Shown: positions 10,730-19,541 of the stretch, in pieces
Layout: the number at the start of each line of letters is the position of its first letter
How positions within the stretch are numbered: position 1 is the stretch's first letter
NCBI RefSeq assembly: GCF_006345805.1
Contig: NW_021834072.1
Location: forward strand, 1 to 27,179
Direction of reading: 5' to 3'
From: Octopus sinensis
Taxonomy: Eukaryota
Length of the DNA stretch: 27,179 bases
Notes under the pieces: generated by a model
What the model was told of the DNA's origin: nothing
Databases searched by the model: none
What the model saw: the letters and a program-made list of their open reading frames with translations, nothing else
Program-made: the position numbers and the translations under genes

Positions 10730-10959
10730 TTAATCCTAACCCTGAGTCAACGTTGCTCCAATCTCCAGCTCTCATAGTTCCATTTGCACATAATGGTCTG
10801 TTGCTTCGCTAATTGTTTTAGGGCCTGTGTAGTCGCTCGCATATACAAGCACGCTTTTAGAGCCTCTTAGTGTAACATCGAAGATTTAACAATTGAAGGG
10901 AGGGAGAGAGAATTGCATCAGTACTTATTTTCAGGTGTATAGATTAGTGTAATATGAAA

Positions 10960-11064
10960 CGGTGCAGTTTTCTCAAGGACACAACACGGTGTTCGATCCC
11001 GAAATGTAACTAGGATCTTATGATCAGGAACCCAATACCCTAACCATCTCGCAACATGCCTTCA
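10960..11064 (-). mobile_element. Old tRNA-SINE head fragment (C/D-like)
   Basis: ctcaaggacacaacac...ccctaaccatctcgcaacatgccttca aligns with the reverse-complemented heads at 1935 and 3672. Confidence 0.5.
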
Positions 11065-11223
11065 TATGTCGTTACACATTCCCATCTATACACAAAGGCT
11101 CAAACACACACCCCGCGCAGGCACACGCGCGCGCACGTATAACACACGTATATACACTTTATAGCTTATGACTAACGCTCCATCACATGTATTCGGGATC
11201 CACTTACGATCCACAGAAGTAAC

Positions 11224-11462
11224 CTATTTCTTTATTACCCACAAGGGGCTAAACATAGAGGGGACAAACAAGGACATACATAGGTATTAAGTCGATTACA
11301 TCGACCCCAGTGCGTAACTGGTACTTTAATTTATCGACCCCGAAAGGATGAAAGGCAAAGTCGACCTTGGCGGAATTTGAACTCAGAACGTAACGGCAGA
11401 CGAAATACCGCAAAGCATTTCGCCCGGCGTGCTAACGTTTCTGCCAGCTCGCCGCCTTGCCA
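11224..11462 (-). mobile_element. SINE family A, full length, with 16-bp TSD
   Basis: Near-identical to the 5666 copy. GATCCACAGAAG(T/C)AAC at 11208-11223 and 11463-11478. Confidence 0.95.
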
Positions 11463-11497
11463 GATCCACAGAAGCAACAGCTCTGTAGTTGCTTTTA

Positions 11498-11900
11498 CTG
11501 TTGTCATTTAGCTTCAGGTCAGTCCCGATAGAAAAGCCTATGACGAAAGCGGTGACCATCCCGCCTTTCTCTGTGTACAGAGAACCTAGGATCCCATTAT
11601 CCAACTACCACTTTGTTGGGGTGGGATGGTGTGAGTAATCATAGTATTGTTACTTAGCCCCAAGACCTGCTTTGATAACCGGGCCGATGATCAAAGACTC
11701 TGAAACCACGACTATCGCGTCGGTTCTTATTTATTTATTTTTAGAAATAATATATCTAGGACTTCTTGCTGAAGCTGTTCATAATGCTGTTGCCTAGCGG
11801 CAAGTTAGCCGACAATGGTCAGACCTACAATCAGACATGTTCCAGCTATGACCATCCCGCCTCTTTTTACAGAAGCAGTAGTGTATTTATGATACTACTC
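11498..11900 (-). mobile_element. Three head-to-tail decayed copies of an old retroposon 3' tail
   Basis: The pattern gttg..tagc..cagg/aag...atgatcaaag...tgaccatccc recurs with TAGC anchors at 11509, 11655 and 11795. Similar single pieces occur at about 13517-13600, 15095-15170 (plus) and 22160-22245. Confidence 0.55.
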
Positions 11901-12416
11901 TCCAATGCAGGCTTCTGGTTTTATGACAATATGTAGATACGGCGTGATTCGAAAGAAATTTGGCTGCTATCTTTACAAAGCTATGCAACCATATGGACAG
12001 CAACTCTCGTGGTTTTACTTTGTGAGGCCTGTCATGGATAAGTTTGAAAACTAATTTTTTTTAAAGATAAAGTAATTTTCGTTGAATTCTATTTTCATAA
12101 TCAATAATAGTTTTATTGAATAAATTTTCAAATACTGTTTATTTGTTTTTTAAAATGTTTCTTTTCTTTAAATATACGTTTAGCAAAAAAAAGTGTATAT
12201 TTTCATAATCGATTAGACAGCTTCCGTTCTAAATTTAGCTTTGTATCTCATCAAAAGAAATCACTGTTTATTCGTAAGACGTAGAGAAGGAGTGGGGTGA
12301 AAGTGGAGAAGACATATAAAAAAAATAATCAAACTAAAAACTTAACAAATAAAAGTGAACTTTTATGCAGTGTAAGAACCAATCTGAGACAGACAAAAGA
12401 AACAGAAGTAAAGACG

Positions 12417-12618
12417 TGAGACAAACCATCTCGTATTTATCGCTTGCTGGGGCAGAAAATATGTCGTGCATGTCGCTTGTCGGGATACGAAACAGCTCGT
12501 ATCTCGTGTCCGTTGCTGGTCAGGTAAATCACGTTGTGTCTATCGCTTACTGGAACACGACCCGTCTTGTGTCCATCGCTTATCGGGACACGAACTAAAT
12601 CGCATCTACCGCCTGCTG
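12417..12618 (+). repeat. Degenerate 33-bp tandem array, block 1 (6 units), palindromic unit
   Basis: Unit starts 12417, 12450, 12483, 12519, 12553, 12586; consensus about GGACACGA-N6-TCGTGTCC-ATCGCTTGCTG. Confidence 0.85.
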
Positions 12619-12802
12619 TATAAATAGGATAAATTTATATTATTTAATCTCAACCGAAGCAAGGCTCGATAACCTCACTACCGCCTCCTGCTCCATGAAA
12701 AAAAAATGTGGAGGGGGTCTCTAATAACCCAGCCTCTCAGTCCACAAAAAAAAGTTGATTCTTTCTCTTCCTTTCGTCTTCTTTTCTTCAGCTGTTCGAC
12801 TC

Positions 12803-12943
12803 ATGTGTGAAATCCGAAGTTTCTATCGCTTCCCGTGACAAGACCCATGTCATATTTATCAATTGCCGAGCCAAGAAGCGCATCATATGCCCATCGCTGT
12901 TGGGACTCAAACCAACTCGTGTCTGTCGCAAGTCGGAACACGT
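12803..12943 (+). repeat. Degenerate 33-bp tandem array, block 2 (about 4 units)
   Basis: Unit starts 12836, 12869, 12903, 12936 with the same ATCGC linker and TCGTGTC half-site. Confidence 0.75.
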
Positions 12944-13746
12944 GTGAGTTTTGCCATCAAATAAAAACGTCGATATTTAAAGAGTATTTTGCTATTGTTG
13001 ATGTTGTTATTAAGTTGCGGGCCAGGTATCCTCGAGCAGATCAATGCCATTCAATCCTTTATCACAATTTTTTCCATGTCCTGCATTATTCAATGTGTCA
13101 TTCAAAAACAAACAGTATGTAGCTCGAGGGAGGTTTGATTTCTATTTCTAGTAGATCATACAGTCACAGAGAATCATACTTGTTAGTTTGATAGCGGTTG
13201 TGCACACACTCTAGCTTCGTCACAATCTGGACCCCTAATCTTTTCATATCAAAACTACAACGAACTACAAACACTAACACCTGATGGTGTTGGTTCGATA
13301 TCTCGAGCAATCGCAATCAGCATTGTATAGACCCTACGAAGTAAATAACCCTCATTGATTCAAATCATTTAACTTGAAAATAGGTACCATAAACAGCTAT
13401 CGATAACTGCTATAAGTAGCGGGAGCGTTTCAATTTTAACGAGTGTTTCATTACTCGGAGACTTCATCAGGAAAATAGATGAGTTCAAATACCATAACAG
13501 AGTGAACATGATGCTGTTTTTGATTGTGTTTAGCCCCAGGTTAGCAGAATTTTGGTCAAAGATATCCCAATCACGATCATCCTGTATTTTCTTATACTAA
13601 GGACTTCATTCTCCTTTACTTCTTTTGTTGATAACACAAACTGGCCTTCCTTTTTTAAAAATGATACGATGAGGATTAAAGGCCCTGTGATCGGAAAAGT
13701 TTCCTCACTGGATTTATTTGTTGCTTGAGACATAACTAAATATATA

Positions 13747-14303
13747 CTGTATTTACTCGTAAATAAGTTGCACCTATAATCTATGTACATAAAGCTGAAG
13801 TTGTCTGTATGTGGCAGGTTTGGTAGGCTTCAACTAACACTATCTCCTCCGAGACCCTGCGGCGCAAGTTGACCAAAATTGAGAGTACGATAGAAGAAGA
13901 CTTGCTCTTCATTCCGTAAGAGAAAAAATTCAAATCGGACCATGTTAACACCAAAAATTATTGACATTAAAAAGGTGCTTTTTTTCTATGAAAATTTCTA
14001 TTTTTTACAACTTTTTGACTGCTGTATCGCCATTTTTCGGTGTATTTCAACCAGAAAAATGTTCACTTAAAGAGAATAACTTTTCAAAAACTCCAATTTT
14101 AAAGGGTCGAAAAGAAAACAAAGCCGAGCGACGCCGGGCAACATTGCTAGTTTAGTGTTAAATCACGGTACAAACTTTTTTTCACTTCAGAGTTATAGCT
14201 TCGTCCCGTGTCTAAGCCACAAACAAGGTTTTGTCTTTTCTTCTATTTTTGACCAGCTCAAATCATGTGTAAACTGAAGCGGCTTATACACGAGTCAATA
14301 CAG
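13747..14303. mobile_element. Tc2/pogo-like MITE (about 186 bp after removing the nested Helitron)
   Basis: Left TIR CTGTATTTACTCGTAAATAAGTTGC follows TA (13745-13746). The right TIR 14279-14303 reads CTGTATTGACTCGTGTATAAGCCGC in reverse complement (20/25 identical). The right TA is not preserved. Confidence 0.65.
13780..14150 (+). mobile_element. Non-autonomous Helitron-type element (371 bp)
   Basis: 5' TC preceded by A (13779), 3' CTAG followed by T (14151), GC-rich hairpin ccgagc-gac-gccgg (14124-14137) about 10 nt before CTAG, no TSD. Excision rejoins the MITE interior. Confidence 0.82.
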
Positions 14304-14569
14304 ACTTTCATTTAAGTGTAACTCGGAGTTTATGTCTTGTTATTTGTTTATTAGATAAGAAATGGAGAGCTTCTCTGAGTACTTGACCTGGTTACGAAAA
14401 CCCCAAATGGTCTTTCTCCAGTTCTTATCAATAGGATGTGAAACCTTTTGGTTTGGCTGAAGGACTTCGCTTATTGGCTGATGATGTTGTAGAGCAAAAT
14501 GTCATCGCGCAGTAAAGGTCACCAAATAGTGGCATCGACTGCCAGGGGAATCTTTTAGTTAAGTACCGC

Positions 14570-14581
14570 GGAGAGAGAGGG

Positions 14582-14615
<34 letters not shown>

Positions 14616-14975
14616 CCGACACATTGATGATGACGATGATGATGCTGACCACGACGACGACGATTATGATAACGATGGTGATGATGATATTGAAGAAGAA
14701 AAAGAAGGAGGAAAGGAAGGTGGTGATGGTAGTAGTAGTAGTAGTAGTAGTAGTAGCAGTAGTAGTAGTGGTGGGGGTGTAGGGGGTGATGGTGATGACG
14801 ACTACAAACCATAAATAAACAATATTGATATATTGAGCTATCGTTATCATCATCAACAACATCCTCTTCCTTCTCCTCCTACTCCTCATCATCATAATCT
14901 TCATCATCATTATTATCAGCAGCAGCAGCATTATCATCATTATCCTTATCATCATCATCATCATCATCATCATTA
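14570..14975. repeat. (GA)n, (GAT)n, (GTA)n then (CAT)n low-complexity block
   Basis: Direct arrays; source of the poly-M/T/Y ORFs. Confidence 0.92.
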
Positions 14976-15340
14976 AAACCTGCCAGGAGCATTATCACAG
15001 CCTTTCTCTTGCCACTACCAAGAACAGAGAAGAACTTTTACTCGGTCGCTATTGATCCTAAATATATAGCGTAAGAAAACAAGAGAAACAGGAAGGCCGT
15101 GGTTGGACCGTGTTTGGTTCATTAAGCCTGCTTGATCAGAGCTGACCTGGGGTGACCCACAACAACAAAGACAACAGCAGCATCAGCAGCATCAACAGCA
15201 ACAAGTGTAAACACCACTACTAATACAAATGCCAATATATCTTACTATGAACCAATATCGGCACCAGTTTTTACCATTATTTATTCTGCTGCTGTCACCA
15301 ACAAAAATACCAAATTTAGACAAAACAAAGAAACGGCAAC

Positions 15341-15546
15341 TATTCTTTTCTACTCTAGGCACAAGGCCCAAAATTTTTGGGGAGGGGGCCAGTCGATTAG
15401 ATCGACCCGAGTAAGCAAACAGGTTCTTAATTTATTGACCACGAAGGGATAAAAGGGAATATAGACCTCGGCGAAATTCGAACTCAGAACGTAAAGACAG
15501 ACGAAATAGCGTTAAGCATTTCGCCCGGCGTGCTAACTCGACGCCT
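15341..15546 (-). mobile_element. SINE family A with a small deletion in the head
   Basis: Aligns with the 2724 copy, including the ctagagtagaaaagaa tail type; lacks gtttctgccag. Confidence 0.85.
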
Positions 15547-15765
15547 TAAAAGAAATGACAGCTATTGTGTATAAACAATACTCTACATCCATCATAGTCT
15601 ATCCCAGTCCTACTCTGGGTCTTGTAGCTTAGCTAGGAGGTGGTAAGGAAGCGATCTACCCCCGGGTGTTGCTTTTATGTAGGGCAACACTCTTGGGTCA
15701 ACGGCATAAGCTTTATATGGTCTGTTTACCAGGAGGTGGAGGAGGGGTAAAGTCAAATGTGGCCC

Positions 15766-15769
<4 letters not shown>

Positions 15770-15851
<82 letters not shown>

Positions 15852-15911
15852 GAGGCCGTCATACACACGTACACATATATAAAAGAGAGAACGAAGGGAG
15901 TGGAGAAAGAG

Positions 15912-15960
<49 letters not shown>
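15770..15960. repeat. (GATA)n and (GA)n microsatellites
   Basis: Direct arrays. Confidence 0.95.
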
Positions 15961-15962
<2 letters not shown>

Positions 15963-16068
15963 GACAAATGTAGTACTATGGTCAAAAACGCCTGACTTAC
16001 CACCGTTGTGGCTATCATTAGAATCTATGGATATACACTCAAACTAAACAATGAAAGGTTTGAAAATA

Positions 16069-17365
16069 ATGGGTTGGAAGAAAAGTCCGTAACGTCTTTT
16101 TAATCGGCTGTGTTTAAACACGTGACTTCGTTTTTCAAGTGATAGAGCTATATGGAATATATAGTTTTCATAAAAGATGACATTGCAACATGTTTCAATA
16201 TGATTGCTGTGTGAATAGTTTATTCCTACTGTTTTTACGTTAAACGTAAAAATTGAGAAAAATGAGAAACAAGTTCGTGATTTGATGCTCTTTTATTCCT
16301 GGAAAGGAGAAAAAAATGCCATATAAACAGCAAAAATGTTAAGTGCAGTCTATGCGGCTGGTGCCGTAGCTGCAACGATCATTCATTAGTGATTCACAAG
16401 GGGAGAAATTTCTGATCTGGATTCCGTGAACGTTCCAACAGGCCTGCAGTCGTTGATGATGACTAAATCGAAACATTAATAAAAATTAATCAGGTCACAA
16501 AAAATGAGGTATCGTGAAGATACTCCACAAGGCTCATACGAGCATCACAGGGCATTTAAAAAACACTTGGATACGTGAATCCCTACGATGTTTGTGTACC
16601 TCATAATTTATAGGGAAAACTTTTGATGGACTGCATTTCCATCAACTATTTTCCGCTCAAAGGCAACAAAAACGATCCACTTTTGAAACTTCGGATTACC
16701 ATTTATTCCGATCCACACAAAATTGTCTTTATTGCAAGAAATTCAATTCTTTGGAAGACTGTAAAAAACCACCTAGACCACTTCATAACACAGAATGATG
16801 CCAAGTTCTGGAAGGATGGGTTCATGAAGATATTTCAATGATGGCAAAAGCTAGCGGAACAAAATGGGAGACATGTGGTTGAATAAAGGTATATTCTCTT
16901 TTACTCTTGCACTTGTTTGTCATGTGACTGTGGCCATGCTGGAGCACCGTCTTTAGTCGAGCAAATCGACCCCAGGACTTATTCTTTGTAAGTCTAGTAC
17001 TTATTCTATCAGTCTCTTTTGCCGAACCGCTAAGTTACGAGGACGTAAACACAGCAGCCTCGGTTGCGAGGAGGTCAAACACAGACACACAAACACAGAC
17101 ACACAAACATATACACACACATACATATATGCGACGGGCTTCTTTCAGTTTCCGTCTACCAAATCCACTCACAAGGCTTTGGTCGGCCCGAGGCTACAGT
17201 AGAAAACACTTGACCAAGCTGCCACGCAGTGGGACTGAACCTAGAACCTTGTGGCTGGTAAGCAAGCTACTTACCACACAGCCACTCCTACGCCTATGTA
17301 CAAGTAAATAAATATTGATTTTGAATTTTACTTAAAAAATGGTATGTATTTTTGATTCAACCCAA
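16069..17365 (+). mobile_element. Old mariner element, internally deleted, with a SINE nested in its 3' UTR
   Basis: Degraded TIRs atgggttggaagaaaag (16069) and ttcaacccaa (ending 17365). Remnant peptides LMLFY, YVNPYDVCVPHNL, DCISI...NDPLLK, then directly SDYHLFRS, NHLDHFITQNDAKFWKDG and QNGRHVVE-stop are colinear with the 23312-24316 transposase. Confidence 0.82.
16894..17295 (-). mobile_element. SINE family B nested in the old mariner
   Basis: Reverse complement of 25568-26010: head ggagtggctgtgtggtaagtagc, internal (CA/TA) tract, tail ggtgctccagcatggcc. Confidence 0.93.
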
Positions 17366-18087
17366 GATATCCAAAGTGCCATACTGGAATGCATATTATC
17401 CATTGATGCATATCGTAGTACCCGGTATGTCGTTGAATATAATAATGATAATATAACGAAGGAAATAGAATTGTGGAATACACAATTCTGTTTGTGTATT
17501 CCACCGTATCGTTGGGTCGACTACCTGCCATTTCACAGCATTACTCGGCTAATCTTTTCCTTCCCGTACTTGTTTAACCGGAAAGAAAGAGCAGCACGTA
17601 TGTCACTTTGTTTTGTCAGAGTCCACCGAGAGTAATGGAAAGACGAGACGATGCTATCCTCAAACCAAAGAAGGCTTGCTTCGAATGTTCACAACGGAGT
17701 GGATAATATCTTTTTATAAACATGCCCAGCAACTTGGAGATTTTAAACAAGATGATGCATTGAGCATACTCAGAACATAACATTTGTGATGAACACTACT
17801 AGCTAGTTTGTACTAAGCTGTAAAGATTCTGCCAGCGTATCGCCTGGCCTCGCTTGATCTTGGTCTACACATCAACAGCAATAAACATAGCAGCAGAATC
17901 TAAGTTTATGACAGATTTATAAGACTAATTACATATCAAACTTCTCCGTCTTGTATTCTCCCCAACAGAAAGAGAGAGAGAGAGAAAGAGGGAGAGAGAG
18001 AGAGTGACACACACACATGCTATCTTCACCCTGTCTTACTCTCTCCGTTTAGGTGAGTCTGTATATTTATGCATATATATATATATA

Positions 18088-18390
18088 TGTATAGTTAAAG
18101 TTAATCCAAACAAGAAAACAAAAAGACAACAACGCAAGGAAGTGGAACAAATAAAGTATTATTGGACGCTCAGGAAAGAAGCGAAGAAGGAGGGTTTGAC
18201 GTTTCGAGCGGAGCTCTTCGTCGGAAACATAGGAGAAGGAAAGATCCTGAGAAGGGAAGACAGAGGAAAAAAATCGCTAGTGATACAGACGAGGTCACAT
18301 ACTAAAAGGCGGAAGTGGTGAAAGGAGATGAAAATGTTTTTAAAAAACAGGAGAGCTATATCAAAGACGGAATGGTAAAGAAGGTGTGCG
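18088..18390 (-). mobile_element. Probable Penelope-like element terminal remnant
   Basis: Pyrimidine-rich minus-strand segment carrying a minimal hammerhead motif, a known hallmark of PLE termini. No RT or GIY-YIG coding is visible; boundaries are approximate. Confidence 0.45.
18194..18228 (-). ncRNA. Minimal type I hammerhead ribozyme variant (Penelope-type)
   Basis: Minus strand GTTT-CCGACGA-A-GAGC tcc GCTC-GAAA-CG-TC-AAAC: perfect 4-bp stems I and II, GAAA, palindromic ACGT and a GUC site. The core has U4C and an extra A. Confidence 0.65.
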
Positions 18391-18399
18391 ATGATGACA

Positions 18400-18426
18400 A
18401 GTGTGTGTGTGTGAGTGTGTGTATGT

Positions 18427-18484
<58 letters not shown>
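18400..18484. repeat. (TG)n microsatellite
   Basis: Direct array. Confidence 0.96.
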
Positions 18485-18487
<3 letters not shown>

Positions 18488-18534
18488 GCGAACAACAGGC
18501 TAGTAGCAGGCTAGTAGTAGAATTAGAGAGTTAT

Positions 18535-18908
18535 ATTCTGTTTTTGTTTCAGTCATTTGACTGCGGCCATGCTGGAGAAACCACATTTAGTCGAACAAAT
18601 CGACACTAGGACTTATTATTTTTGATAAGCCTAGTACTTATTCTATCTGTCTCTTTCGCCGAACCGCTAGATTACGAGGACGTAAACACATGCATATGTA
18701 TATGTTTGTGTGTCTGTGTTTGTTCACCCACCATTCCTTGACAACCGATGCTGGCGTGTTTACGACCATCTTTCAGTTTCCGTCTGCAAAATCTACTCAC
18801 AAAGCTTTGGTAGTTTCCAAGCTATAGTAGAAGACACGGTGTCACGCAGTTGGACTGAACCCAGAACATTGTGGTTGGTAAGCAAGCTACTTACCACATA
18901 GCCACTCC
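18535..18908 (-). mobile_element. SINE family B with an internal micro-inversion
   Basis: Head and tail are in minus orientation, but 18690-18755 reads in the plus orientation of the family. Confidence 0.9.
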
Positions 18909-19306
18909 TTTATTGCCCACAAGGGGCTAAATATAGAGGGAACAAACAAGGACACACAAACGGATTAAGTCGATTACGTCGACCCCAGCGCGTAACTGGT
19001 ACTTAATTTATCGACCCCGAAAGGATGAAAGGCAAAGTCGACCTCGGCGGAATTTAAACTCGGAACGTAACGGTAAACGAAATACGTATTTCTTTACTAC
19101 CCACAAGGGGTTAAACACAGAGTGGAGAAACAAGGACAGACAAACGGATTAAGTCGATTACATCGACCCCGGTGCGTAAGTGGTACTTATTTAATCGACC
19201 CTGAAAGGATGAAAGGCAAAGTCGACCTCGGCGGAATTTAAACTGGGAAAGTAACGCAGACGAAATACCGCTAAGCATTTCTCCCGTCGTGCTAACGTTT
19301 CTGCCA
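18909..19306 (-). mobile_element. Tandem dimer of SINE family A (one nearly full unit plus one 5'-truncated unit)
   Basis: Units 19086-19306 and 18909-19085 are highly similar; the junction is at gaaatac|gtatttc. Confidence 0.92.
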
Positions 19307-19307
19307 A

Positions 19308-19501
19308 TGTATATATATATATATATATATGGATGTATGTATAAATGTATGTATACATATACATACATGTATATATGTAACATATATACACATACACATA
19401 TAGGCATGCATATGGGTATGCACCTGTGCGGATGTGAGTGTCTATATTAACATATATTTGTGTGTGTGTATATATATATATATATATAATATATATATAT
19501 A

Positions 19502-19541
<40 letters not shown>

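Noticed and set aside
10725-10745. Telomere-like ccttaatcctaaccctg
   Set aside because: Fewer than two perfect CCCTAA units; expected by chance.
12417-12943. CRISPR array interpretation of the palindromic 33-bp units
   Set aside because: Eukaryotic context, no cas genes, and no unique 25-45 nt spacers; only a 6-nt centre varies and the units are highly degenerate.
13420-13475. Minus-strand CTGATGAA...GAAAC hammerhead candidate
   Set aside because: The core words are present, but neither GAAAC gives a convincing stem II or stem I; possibly a rearranged PLE relic, not supportable.
13530-13790. 86-aa minus-strand ORF with a faint GIY-YIG-like look (SKYSIYLV)
   Set aside because: Its first third is read through the Helitron 5' end and the MITE TIR, so it is chimeric; no second GIY-YIG motif follows.
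15663-15692. GTGTTGC/GCAACAC hairpin
   Set aside because: A single 7-9 bp stem with no further structure; within chance expectation for 27 kb.
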